Origin: Eledone cirrhosa
Taxonomy: Eukaryota
NCBI GenBank assembly: GCA_964016885.1
Contig: OZ024753.1
Span: 14,198,001 to 14,262,000, forward strand
DNA length: 64,000 bases
Direction: 5' to 3'
Below are positions 50,047-62,720 of the stretch, in pieces (the stretch's first letter is position 1; each line of letters starts with the position of its first letter). The notes under the pieces were generated by a model. That model saw nothing but the letters and a program-made list of their open reading frames with translations, was not told where the DNA came from and made no database searches. Made by a program: the position numbers and the translations under genes.

Positions 50047-53000
50047 GTAAGTCAGAATTAAAGTTTCTAAATTCTGTGATTCTTTCTCTAACCTGTTTAG
50101 CCATTCTCACCTTAATTACAATTATTGTTGTTTTTAGAACCCATACCAAAAGGACTGAAAGGACTTTACGGCAAAATACGAAATGTGATTGATAAACCTT
50201 TAATTGGTCAAAGTTATTGATCCCTATATGTTTAACCCTTTTTCATTTACATTACTCTATATATACTATAGTATTTTTGTGGTAAAGGCTTTACCTATGA
50301 CACGCAAATTCATGAAGCGTTCCATATTTTTCTAGCAGTGGAGACTTCTGGTGTCCTTGGCCCTAGGGCTACCTCCCTACTCACCACCATAGGCGCTGAG
50401 CTGGCTAGCTGCAGTTGTAAGCCTCGCGAGATGGAATAGCTCTTCCAGCACATCTCCATTACCATCTTCTGGGGGAAACACCTTCTCCATTCTGTCTGCC
50501 GGGGCCCTGGGGCGGCCAGCACATGGGACCCCATTTGCTCATAATACAGAGAGATGGGGAGGGTGAGAGAGATGGAGGCGATGACAGTGGGAGTTCGGCT
50601 CTTCTGTGTTCGGACCTGGTGTGCAGCGACAGTTGTCTGTAAGAAGGTAGTGAAGTACTAAATATGAGAGAGAGTCTTGTAATTATAGAATGTCATTCCA
50701 GATTACACCTCACATAATATCGAATCTATGAGATTTTGATGTTATTTATGTTGAGAACAATACCTTAACATAAGTATGAGTGGCCAGTTACAACCAGTTT
50801 GAACAGAAAGAGGTGAGAGAATTCTGACCGGATACAACCAGTTTAAATGCTAAAGGGTTAACTTGACTAAATGTATTTTTACGTCTATCATATCTCTTAA
50901 TGTGTTCAGTAATTTCTTTGATTACTGGAGATGGCACCAATATTCACACTCAATACTACAGCAGAGTCTGTATATTATGTTTGAGATACGCTGTAATACA
51001 GAAGACCCGACCCCCCACGGATACAAGCTGAAGCATATAGACAATATGCCCCCAAACCCTCCCACTGCAAAGTGGTCGTTGAGGTGCCACGGCAAAAAAG
51101 CACCCAGCCCACACTGTAAAGTGGACATGAAGGTGCCACGGAAAAAAACAGCACCCAGCACTCACTGTAAATGAGGCTGGTGTTAGGAAGGGCATCCAGC
51201 TGTAGAAATCAAGCCGTATGAGCAAGGCATGGTCAGCCGACCGGACACTGCCCACAGCAGGACAACCCGTCTAACCCATGCTAGCGTGGAAGAACGGAGG
51301 TAAAACGGTGATGATGATAACGAAATTTCATTTAAAAATGTTATTGCCTATCAAATGTTATTTGGTGATCAATACTGGAATCCAGTCAATCATATCAATA
51401 AAGACCTGGAGCTAATCATCAATGAAACTTATGTAATGTTCAATATGCAATAAAAACATTTTAAAGTGAAACCTCGTTATCTCATACATAATATATACAC
51501 TCTGCTATAGCATTGAGTGCTCATATTGGGGTCATCTCCAGTAAGCAACAAAATTACTGAATAACCTTCTTTTTTTTTATATATATATATATATATATAT
51601 TGGTTGGATGGCCACTGATGAGGACAAACTTTTTCATATGTAACCCATTTGCAGCGCCGCAGCTCCATTATTATCATATTTACACATATATTTTTTCCTC
51701 CGCTGCCACCAGTCTGTTTCGTTCTTTGTGTCTTTACCCTTTCTAGCAGTCTCTCTCTCTCTGTTAGCCTCTTCCTCACCTTTCACTCACTCACTCTCTG
51801 TCACTACCTCTCCTCCTCCCCTTCCCGTTTGACCTGTCCGTAATCCTTTTCTCGCGGGCACTTGGCCAAGCCGGTATGAATTTTTTTTCTTTCTCTCTCG
51901 TCTGCGACTTCACAGAACTTATGTTTACCGAATTCGCAGACCAGACCCCTTCTTCCTCCCGTTAGACCTGTGCGAAATTCCTTCCTTGCTCACATTTCAA
52001 CCAGGTTTGATGGTCTTTATTCTCTCGTTCACGATTCCACCGAATTTAAATTTATAGAAATCTGGGACTTGTTTCCTTCTTCATCACTTTCTGCTGCTTA
52101 AACCATTTTGTTCGTTTACCCTAGCGTCCCCCTTATTTACGTGTCCCAACGACTTTTTTTTAGCCGTTGCTCGCACCAACCTGAGGTATATGGCCTTTAA
52201 TGCGACGAAATGCCTACGACGGTTGGATGGCCACTGATGAGGACAAACTTTTTCATATATATATATATATATAGTTATGTAATAAACAACATAAGATAAT
52301 TATTTCATTTACCAGTGGTTTCTTGAAAGCAAACAAATCTGCTTTCAGTCATCAGAATGAAAAAATCCTGGTGTTTTTATTGAATCTCTCTCTCTATATA
52401 TATATATATATGCTTAAAGCTTAGTGTTTAGAATGTCAGATTCACGATCGTGAGGTTGTGAGCTTGATTCCTGGACTGGGCTGTGTGTTGTGTCCTTGAG
52501 CAAGACACTTTATTTCACATTGCTCCAGTTCACTCAGCTGTAGAAATGAGTTGTGATATCACTGGTGCCAAGCTGTATTGGGCTTTGCCTTTCCCTTGGG
52601 CAACATCAGTGGTGTGGAGAGGGGAGGCTGGAACATGTGGGTCACTGCTGATCTTCCCCAAACAACCTTGCCCAAACTTGTACCTTTGAAGAGAACTTCC
52701 TAGGTGCAAATCCCCTGGTCATTCATGACCAAAGGGGTCTTTACCTTTTTACCCTAAAAGAAAAACAAAGCTATATATATATATACAGTGTAGGTGATTC
52801 AGTGAATTACCGGTAGTGGTACCAAAACAAGCCCTCGATACTCCGACAGAGTATATATTAAGAACGAGGAAGTTTCATTTACATGATTCTATATTTTTCT
52901 CGCATCGCCAGTCTGAAGAGTAGATCGATAATGGAGTTGGGTCCATAACTTCTACGGATGACCCTGAACCAATCCTCTGTGAAACACATGTAACATGTTG

Positions 53001-54306
53001 ATACACAATAAGAATCTAAATATACGTAAACGGAACTTAATCATTCTTTCTTTAATATGTATATATTATATCTTTCTATTTCGGAAGGAAACCAGGTCTG
53101 AAGTTTCTTAGCTATTTCTTTCCCTCTTCCTTTCTTTCCCCTTCTTCCATTCTTTCTGTCTCTTCCCCACTCTTTTCTTCTCCCTTCTACCCACCACTCT
53201 TGCTTGTCACTTCCGCTTACAACCACCTCTGCAGCCAGGGGCTTTGTTGTTGTCTTTTCTTACAGCCTCCTCAGGCCGAGTGGATGTACTTTATTTTTCT
53301 CTCTCTCTCTGTCTGTTTATCTAATCTGTTCATTCCTCAGACAAACATCATACCAACAGAAATATTTATTTCATTGTTGCACGAGCCGGCTGTTTTACAT
53401 GGTACTTTTAGTTAAATCGTTGAAACCACAGGTGGTCTACAAGTTAAGAGTATTTAAATGTTTGTGTTATCTTCTCTTGTCCATTTTCTCATTTCTTCCT
53501 ATCACTTCTGTGGGCCAACACATATCTAGCCACTGATTTCTGTCTTTTGAGGTAAATTTTACCCAACACTGTCATTGACGGCATTTTGCTGTTTTAACAG
53601 CTTCCTTGCGCTGAGTTCTTCCCATTATTCTACGAATTCTAATCCACTCAAGCTTCAAACTCGATATTTGAAATAACTTCAGAAAGCACCCAGCACACAC
53701 TGCAAATGTGGTTGGCGCTAGGAAGGGCATCCAGCCATAGAAAACCAGCCAGAAACAGTCCTATATGAGCGAGACACGGTCACCCAACCCAACTTGCCTC
53801 TAAATGGGACAAACCTGTCTAACCCATACAAGCGTGGAAGGTAGTCATTAAACGATGATGATGATATATATATATATTTTTATTTTTATTTTACATCCAC
53901 TTTTCCCTGCTTGCAAGGGCGGGACAGGAACTGATTCTGGCTTGATTTCTACAGCTGGATGCCCTTCCTAACACCAACCTCATTTACAGTGAGTGCTGGG
54001 TGCCTTTTTTCTGTGGCGCCTACACGTCCACTTTACAGTCTGGGCTAGGTGCTTTTTTGCCGTGGCACCTCCACTTTACAGTGTGGGCTGGGTGCTTTTT
54101 TGCCGTGGCACCTCCACGACCACTTTGCAGTGGCATGATAGGGACCCCAGTCCCTATCATCTCATTTCTATAGCTGAGTAAACTGGAGCAATGTGAAATA
54201 AAGTGTCTTGCTCAAGGAAACAACACATCACCATTTATATATATATATATATATATACCATATATACCATTTATTGCATTTAAATACACAAACCTACAAA
54301 ACAGCC

Positions 54307-54347
<41 letters not shown>

Positions 54348-54409
54348 TATATATAGATTTATAGTGACATTAAGAAGTCAGATTTGCAACTTTTTATGAA
54401 ACTTTATTG

Positions 54410-54578
54410 CCGTATTTCCCGGCGCTGAAGACACTTTGTCCTCGAAGACTCACCCTAATTTTGATATCCAAAAATTTGAAAAAAGATAATAAACAACTAT
54501 CGGCCTCCAGGTCGCATGGTATATTTTTGAGACTTATTTTATGGAAAAAAGTAGCGTCTTCGATGTCAGGAAATACGG
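54410..54578. mobile_element. Tc1/pogo-type MITE
   Basis: CCGTATTTCC...GGAAATACGG|TA TIRs; same family as 49382. Confidence 0.82.
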
Positions 54579-54604
54579 TATATATATGCATCCTATAATT
54601 CCAG

Positions 54605-54669
54605 AAGGAAGATCCTCGAATGCTCACCTCCATTCCACTTATAATTGATGTCCTCATCTCTTGTCTCAA
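54605..54669 (+). CDS. NCDN: Neurochondrin, coding exon 4
   Basis: ttccag acceptor; KEDPRMLTSIPLIIDVLISCL resembles NCDN HPQVLNKIP.L; donor gtaagt, phase 2 matches exon 5. Confidence 0.85.
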
Positions 54670-54728
54670 GTAAGTCATATTTATACACTTGTTTCTTTGC
54701 AGAAATTTAATATATACACACACTCACT

Positions 54729-54786
<58 letters not shown>

Positions 54787-54789
<3 letters not shown>

Positions 54790-56012
54790 TCATCATCATT
54801 TTACGTCTGCTTTTCCCTGCTTGCAAGGGTGGGATGGGTGTTATTCAGCACAGCATCTCTCCACTCGTCACGGTCCTTCGTCATCTCCACCGTGAGCTTC
54901 AGCGATCTGAGGTCTGTTCTCACCACCTCCGCCCATGTTTTTCGTGGTCTACCTCTACCACGTCTTCCTTCAACTGGCATTTCCAGGCACTTCTTCACCC
55001 ATCGGTCATCCTCCATGCGCATCGCATGTCCATACCACCTCAGTCTCCTCTCCCATACACTACATTCTATCCCTCTCAGACACAGTTTCTCTCTCAACAC
55101 ATTCATGCTGGGTCGTTCACGCACATTTACACTGCACATCCAACGGAGCATGTTTGCCTCATTTCTCTCCAGCCGTCACATATACTCTGCAGTTGCTGCC
55201 CATGTCTCACTACCATGCAGCATCGCGCTCCTCACACAGGCATCATACAACCGGCCTTTCGTCAGCAGAGGAAGCAGCTCCCTAAATTTCTTCCAACCCG
55301 TCCTTATTCTAGATACTATGGCCTTGAAACACCCTCCTCCCATGCTAATCTGATCTCCTAGGTACCGGAAGCTATCCACCACTTCTATAGCGCCCTCCTG
55401 CATTTGAAAAATGTGTCTATCAATGCGACTTCTACTGTCTAATTTCCCTGTACATCTACTGCATACATATTTCTCCCTACCTGTTAGTTTGCCTGCTATC
55501 CCGCTACATCTCTTGTGTACCCAAGATCTGCATTGTGTACATTTTATAGAATTTATGCCAGTTCTTTTTCTGCATATCAAACATGGCCATTTCCCTGACA
55601 GAATCAGAGTTTTGTCCTCTTTTCTACTCATCAACACTTTTGTCTTAGCTATGTTCACTCTCAGTCCTCTTGCTTCCAACTGCTGTTTCCAAAGCCAGAT
55701 TTTATTCTCTAGCTCCTCTACTGATTCTGCTATAAGAACCAGATCGTCAGCGTAGAGAAGTTCCCATGGACAGCCAGTCTTAAACTCTTCTGTTATGGCT
55801 AGGAGGACTATAATGAACAAGAGCGGGTTGAGGACCGAACCTTGATGTACTCCTACTTGTATCTGGAATTCCTCACTAAACTCCATTCCTACCCTGACTT
55901 TACTGAGAGTACCTCTGTACAAAGTTTGCACTGTCCTCACAAGCCATTCCTCAACACCTAGCTTCCTTAGGGACCACCAGATGACAGATCGGGGTACCCT
56001 ATCAAAAGCCTT
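54787..56012 (-). mobile_element. 5'-truncated RTE LINE, second subfamily; smaller copy at 47292-47555
   Basis: GVHQGSVLNP, YADDL, zinc finger, WYGHAMR, (GAT)n tail. Confidence 0.92.
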
Positions 56013-56382
56013 CTCTCTCTATATATAGATGTATGTATATATATATATATATATTAAGGCACATGGCTTAGTGGTTAGAGCATTGGCTTTGCAATCGAAA
56101 GGTTGTGAATTTACAGTGAGTGTGGGGTGCTTTTTTACCGTGGCACCTCCACGACCACTTTGCAGTGCAATGATATGGACCCCAGTCCCTATCATCTCAT
56201 TTCTACTGCTGAGTAAACTGGAGCAATGTGAAATAAAGTGTCTTGCTCAAGGACACAACACATCACCCGGTCTGAGAATTGCACTCACAACCTTTCGATT
56301 GCAAGCCCAATGCTCTAACCACTAAGCCATGTGCCTCCATATACTAATGAAAACATTTATGTTGTAATCTTTCTTTTCACAG

Positions 56383-56555
56383 TATTGATGAAATGCTGGA
56401 TGAGACTGAACTGACAGAAGAGGAGTTCAAATCCATGGTTGACAGTTGTTATGATTGCTTGACATCTGTTTGTACAACAGACAAAGGAAGGACAACATTG
56501 ATAGACTCCAGATCTGTGTCACATCTGTGTACTTGCTATATACATGCTACTTATG
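56383..56555 (+). CDS. NCDN: Neurochondrin, coding exon 5
   Basis: ttttcacag acceptor; ...FKSMVDSCYDCLTSVCTTDKGRTTLIDSRSVSHLCTCYIHATY resembles NCDN SMIDDTYQCLTAV..TPRG...LI....VSALCQAY; phase 2 in, phase 1 out. Confidence 0.92.
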
Positions 56556-56901
56556 GTATAGTGGGATTTTTTACTTCTATATACATACCTGTGTATGTGT
56601 GTGTATATATACATACCTGTGTATGTGTGTACATACCCGTGTATGTGTGTACTTCTATATACATACCTGTGTATGTGTGTGCATATACATAAGCAGCTTG
56701 GAGCATACAAAAATACAAATGAACACACGTAGATAACCACACACATAAATGCATATTAGTATATATATATAAGGGAGAGAATTGGGAGTGTGTAACACTC
56801 CACTTATCAAATAGGCAGTATATGGTTAGCTCAATGTCAGAGGACAGAGCCGTAATACAATTAACAACAAAGAGTGCTTAGAACATAGGTATATCTTTAA
56901 T

Positions 56902-56947
56902 TGCTAACAGTGTTTCGTCCACACTAGAAGTGGGACTCTTCAGAGCA
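56902..56947 (-). ncRNA. Type I hammerhead ribozyme (antisense copy)
   Basis: Reverse complement of 57470-57515. Confidence 0.8.
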
Positions 56948-57469
56948 TAAAGAGTGAATACATAGTATACAAGCATTGACAAAGCCAAAACAGAAGAATA
57001 TATGTGGGGATACCATAAGTTGGGAGGATAAAAATTAAAAAATAAATAATAAAAAATAAGAAATGTTATCACTCACAGTTGGGCAGGGTTACGTTAACAT
57101 ACAGCTACATACAATTATATGCATAAGCATGAGCACCCGCATGCACCTACACACAAGCACCCGTATGCAACACATACAGTATACACTAATACAAATAACA
57201 TATCATAGACGGATGGGCACAAGTTAAGAGGTAGAGATAGATAAAAAATAGATAAGATGCTTGTGTGTAGGTGCATGCGGGTGCTCATGCTTATGCATAT
57301 AATTGTATGTAGCTGTATGTTAACGTAACCCTGCCCAACTGTGAGTGATAACATTTCTTATTTTTTATTATTTATTTTTTATTTTTTATCCTCCCAACTT
57401 ATGGTATCCCCACATATATTCTTCTGTTTTGGTTTTGTCAATGCTTGTATACTATGTATTCACTCTTTA

Positions 57470-57515
57470 TGCTCTGAAGAGTCCCACTTCTAGTGTGGAC
57501 GAAACACTGTTAGCA
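57470..57515 (+). ncRNA. Type I hammerhead ribozyme, sense to NCDN intron 5
   Basis: TGCT-CTGAAGA-GTCCCAC(TTCTA)GTGTGGAC-GAAAC(ACT)GTT^AGCA. Confidence 0.8.
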
Positions 57516-57911
57516 ATTAAAGATATACCTATGTTCTAAGCGTTCTTTGTTGTTAATTGTATTAGTATATATATGTATTTGTGTATGTATGTCATCATCA
57601 TCATCATCATCATCATCGTTTAACGTCCATCTTCCATGCTAGCATGGGTCTGGACGTGAATTGTTCCACTTGAAGCAAGATTGGTTGTCTTGCTCGGAAC
57701 TGCCTGGCGGGTTTTCTACGGCTGGATGCCCTTCCTAACACCAACCACGTTTACAGTGTGGACTGGGAGGTTTTTACCGTGTTACCTACACGGCCACATT
57801 ACAGCGTGGACTGTGTGTTTTTTTGTTGTGACACCTACACGCCCTCATTTATTTAGGACTGGATGTTGTGGTACCAACATAGCTTACTGTATGTGCGGTA
57901 CAAACATAGCT

Positions 57912-57949
<38 letters not shown>

Positions 57950-58033
57950 AAAGGTAAACAGGAATAACAACACAATCGGTACAGTATATGGAAGGGATAT
58001 ATTAGGTTAACGCTTGATATAGCAGGAAGAGGG

Positions 58034-58069
58034 TCTTAACATTTCGGACGCTAGTCCTTCATCAGAAGA
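58034..58069 (-). ncRNA. Minimal type I hammerhead ribozyme; decayed family copy near 8010-8045
   Basis: - strand TCTT-CTGATGA-A-GGAC(TAGC)GTCC-GAAATGTT^AAGA. Confidence 0.72.
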
Positions 58070-58993
58070 AAGAATGAAAAATAAAATAGATTGAAGGGAC
58101 GGGCGGGATGGAATTGGAAAAGATGTCTTTAGATAAAAATAACAGGTCCATTCATGTTGACATCTCTTGCAAAACTGTTGGTGCTGGTGTTTTATGTATG
58201 ATTTATTTTTTAGAAAAGTGGATGATGGCGCGCGTCTACCTGAAATGAAAAAAAAAAAACGTTTTGTGCACGTGCATAAGCATGTGTGTGTGTGTTATTA
58301 TAGATCCATACAAAGCTAAGAAGAAATGTGTGTGTATATGTGGGTAAAAGAGTGTGTGTGCATATCAAGAGAAAGTGATAGAATCTATTTTTATTTATTT
58401 ATGGCTAAGTGGTTAGAGCATTGGCCTTGCAATCGAAAGGTTGTGAGTTCAATTCTCAGACTGGGTGATGTGTTGTTTCCTTGAGCAAGACACTTTATTT
58501 CACATTGCTCCAGTTTTTCTCAGCTGTAGAAATGAGATGATAGAGACCTGGGTCCCTATCATTCCACTGCAAAGTGGTCGTGGAGGTGCCACGGCAAAAA
58601 ATCACCCAGCACTCACTGTAAAGTGGACGTGGAGGTGCCACGGCAAAAAAGCACCCAGCACTCACTGTAAATGAGGTTGGTGTTAGGAAGGGCATCCAGC
58701 TGTAGAAATCAAGCCAGAATCAGTTCCCGTCCCACCTTTGCAAGCAGGGAAAAAGTGGTCGTAAAATGAAACGATGATGATGATATATATGTGGTTGCGT
58801 GCGTATGTATATATATATACACTAATATGTATTTATGTGTGTGGTTATTTGCGTGTGTTCATTTGTATTTTTACATGCTCCAAGCTGCTTATACTTCCAC
58901 TGGACACATACATGCATGTATCTATTTGTAGTTTTGCGTATGTGATTGTATTCATGTATAACTCTGTGTGTGTGACGTCTCCGTATCATTTCG

Positions 58994-59024
<31 letters not shown>

Positions 59025-59614
59025 TCGCGTATGTATGTTTTTGCAGACTGTGCTATATAAACATATATATGTATATATGCATGCATGTTTGTGTATATAT
59101 ATATATGTATGTGATATATGTGAGTGTGTATATGTATTTATATATGTCTGTATGTCTATACGTTTTTATATGAGTGTGCGTATCTATATATATGTGTATG
59201 TCCGTGTACATGTATGTTTGTGTATATATATATATATATATGTGTATATGCATGTATGTATATCATCATCATCATCATCATCGTTTAACATCCGTGTTCC
59301 ACGCTTGCATGGGTTTGGACGGGGGTTTTCCCACTTGATATATATATATATATATTTTCCTTTTATCTCAATGTGTGTATGTGTGTGTGTATGCATGTAT
59401 GTATATATACATAGATATATTTTTTTCCTTTTATCTGAATGTGTGTATATGTATGTACACGCGTCTTTTTTTATATTGCTATATATTTTTATTTTCTTAT
59501 CTTTTATATATTATTTTTCTTACCCTTCTCTTCTTATTTTCCCCTTATTTTTCCAGCCTCACTTCCAATTTTTAACAGATTTTAAATCTCATTTCATATC
59601 TTTTATCTATAACA

Positions 59615-59683
59615 TCTCTGTCTGATGAACGATCCAGACGTATATTATTATCATCTGTAATCCAGAAACCTTTGGTACTGGAG
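59615..59683 (+). ncRNA. Degenerate type I hammerhead ribozyme
   Basis: CTGATGA at 59622, GAAACC(TTT)GGTA at 59665; weak stem I. Confidence 0.5.
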
Positions 59684-59779
59684 TAGATATATTTTGTGTT
59701 GTTCACTTTCTAATTAAATAGCTCTGTTCTATACATAGAGCACTCTTTTTTTCCTTTGCTTTTCCTTTGGAATTACCTA

Positions 59780-59814
<35 letters not shown>

Positions 59815-59815
<1 letters not shown>

Positions 59816-60166
59816 TAGCAGTGGTACCCGGCGTTGCACGGGATAAGGTACTTTGGAACGCAGGCCGCCAACAGACCTAATCGTGGAAAAACTGCATGCG
59901 TGGACAATATGTAAAGAAAATAAACCGAATACTCTGATGGCTGGATAATCTTTAAGATTTTCCTCGATAAAGCAGGAAAAATGCAGGTTTTCATCTAATG
60001 CGGGCCCTAGGGGATCAAAAAGTTGAAAAGCTGAAACATAAGTAATACACATGTAAAGTTTGAAAACAATCGGTTGGGTACATCTCGAGTTTTAGGGATT
60101 CAAACTCACAGACACACACACACATACACACACAGACTGACATCCTCAGTTTTATATATATATAGA
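59815..60166 (-). mobile_element. Non-autonomous Helitron
   Basis: - strand starts TCTATATA, ends CCCGTGCAACGCCGGG hairpin then CTAG, inserted between A and T with no TSD. Confidence 0.85.
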
Positions 60167-60554
60167 TATATATATAAAAGAAGAGACTGTTTCACATATT
60201 GAAATTTAGTTAATAACTCTACACCTGTTATGCATATTTCAAAGGCATTAAACCTTTAGCATTTAAACCAACTGTATCCAGCCTGAATTCTCTCTTCTGT
60301 TAAAACCTGCTGTAACCGTCCACTTATACCAATGTTAAGCTTTTGTTCTCAAAATAAATAAAATCATCAAAATCTCGTGTCTTCGATATTATGTGAGATA
60401 ATTATATAAAATAAAGCCTTTACTGGACTACGACAATACAACAGTAAATATAGAGTAATTTAAATAGAAAAGGATTAAAACTGTTTTGATGTAATTAAGT
60501 TGAATATGTGAAACTGTCTCTTTTTGTTTTCTTAATATTGTTACTCTGTCTGAT

Positions 60555-60775
60555 ACGATATATGTAATACCTTATGATATATGTAATATCTTGATACCAT
60601 ATATGTAATATCTTATGATACATGATATATGTAATATCTTGATACCATATATGTAATATCTTGATACAATATATGTAATATCTTATGATATATGTAATAT
60701 CTTGATACAATATATGTAATATCTTATGATATATGTAATATCTTGATACCATATATGTAATACCTTATGATACCC
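60555..60775. repeat. About 20-bp minisatellite abutting the NCDN exon 6 acceptor
   Basis: ATATATGTAATATCTT(ATG/GATAC) units. Confidence 0.85.
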
Positions 60776-60794
60776 ATGATGTTTCTCTGTCCAG

Positions 60795-60922
60795 GTAATC
60801 AACGGGCTTTGGCTGTGATACAGCAGATTATCTCAACAAATGGTGCCGGAATTTGGACAAAGAATGTGAAGGGTCTCCAAGAACTATTGGCTTATCTAGG
60901 AGAGAATTTTTTGCAGTCAAAA
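60795..60922 (+). CDS. NCDN: Neurochondrin, coding exon 6
   Basis: ctgtccag acceptor; (G)NQRALAVIQQIISTNGAGIWTKNVKGLQELLAYLGENFLQSK; donor gtaagt, phase 0. Confidence 0.88.
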
Positions 60923-62120
60923 GTAAGTATATCATCATCATTTTACGTCCGCTTTTCCCTGCTTGCAAGGGTTGGACGGGAACTGATTCTGGCTTGATTT
61001 CTACAGCTGGATGCTCTTCCTAACACCAACCTCATTTACAGTGAGTGCTGGGTGCTTTTTTTCCGTGGTGCCTACACGTCCACTTTGCAGTGTGGGCTGG
61101 GTGCTTTTTTTGCCGTGGCACCTCCACGACCACTTTACAGTGGAATGATAGGGACCGCACTCCCTACCATCTCATTTCTACAGCTGAGTAAACTGGAGCA
61201 ATGTGAAATAAAGTGTCTTGCTCAAGGAAACAACACATCACTCGGTCTGAGAATCGAACTCACAACCTTTCGTTTGCAAGCCCAATGCTCTAACCACTAA
61301 ACCATGTGCCTATATATATATAAATATATGTAAGTATGTTTTGAAACAGTGAGCAAGTTTGAAATTAGAAAATAGAAGCTTTCACTGTATTTTTTTGACT
61401 AAAGAAATTTTAACCTGATATATATATATGTGTGTGCACATGCATGATGTGTGTGTGTGTATGCATGAGTGTATGAGTGCAGGCACGCGTGTCAGTGTGT
61501 GTGTACAAGTGTCCGTAAGTATGTGTGTATGTGTGCATGAGTGTTTTTTCCATATTTGTATGGGTTGGCCAGGTCTTCTCCCAAATAATTGTTTCTACTT
61601 TTGGGGCACAAGGCCAGCAATTATCCCAGTGCATTACTGGTACTTTATTTTATCGACCCCCGTAAGGATGAAAGGCAATGTTAACCTCGGCAGGATTTGA
61701 ACTCAGATCATAAAGGGAGGTAACTCAATGCTTCAAAGCATGGCGCCCGACCCTCTACCAATACTTGTTTCTACTTTAGGCACAAGGCCAGCAATTACCC
61801 AGTGCATTACTGGTACTTTATTTTATCGACCCCATAAGGATGAAAGGCAAAGTCAACCTCGGCGGGATTGCCAATCTACCGCCAATCCACCGGTCTTCTC
61901 CCACATAATGTTATGACATTTGTTGTCATCCCTGCTCACCTTTTCATTGGTGTCTACCATTTTAAGAACAACTCTTACTACTTCTTCCTGTCTTTCACCT
62001 ACTCGGCTTCCTTCCAATTTTTATTTTCTTTCTGTCATTCTTTCTTTATTTATTCTTTCCTTCCTTCAGTCCTCCTTTCCTTCCATCACTCATTTATTTA
62101 CTTATTTATTTATTTTGCAG

Positions 62121-62180
62121 GAAGCTGAAAAGTTCCAGTTTTGTGACATCCTTGCCAATATCTTCAGCAGTATTTTAAAA
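62121..62180 (+). CDS. NCDN: Neurochondrin, coding exon 7
   Basis: ttttgcag acceptor; EAEKFQFCDILANIFSSILK resembles NCDN DASKFELCQLL; donor gttagt, phase 0. Confidence 0.88.
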
Positions 62181-62219
62181 GTTAGTCTTGGTATTTTCTT
62201 CCTTTTTTGTATTTCATGG

Positions 62220-62720
62220 AACAAATTAACAGCGATGGTGTATGTTCTGAAAGTGCAGTAGCCAGAGTAAGAACGGGATGGAAGAAGTTGAGGGAGCTAC
62301 TACCACTGCTGGCTACAAAAGGCTTTTCCCTCAGAATGAGAGGCAGGCTGTATGATGTGTGCATATGTACAGCAATATTGCATGGTAGTGAGACCTGGGC
62401 GCTGTGTGCAGAAGACTTGCGTAGATTGGAAAGGAATGAAGCTTGCTTGGATGTGTAATAGTAATGTATGAGAATGGTGAAGCATTAAATGAACTGAGAG
62501 AGAAACTAGGCATAAGAGGAATCAAATGCTGTGTACAGGAGAGGAGATTGCGTTGGCATGGACATGTGATGCATATGAAAGATGAAAGATGACAGCTGAA
62601 TAAAAAAGTGCAGAATGCTCAAAGTCGATGGAAGCCTTGGAGTGGGGAGACCTGGGATGAGGTGATAAAAGCTGACCTTGCCCAATTGCACCTCTTAAAG
62701 GCGATGACACAGGATGGAGA
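62220..62720 (+). mobile_element. Decayed RTE LINE 3' fragment
   Basis: GCSESAVARVRTGWKK...HGSETWAL...RLERNEA. Confidence 0.88.

Larger units (their letters stand above)
56853..57564. repeat. Fold-back element with ~300-bp near-identical arms in NCDN intron 5
   Basis: 56853-57160 is the reverse complement of 57257-57564; mirrored 64-aa ORFs. Confidence 0.95.
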
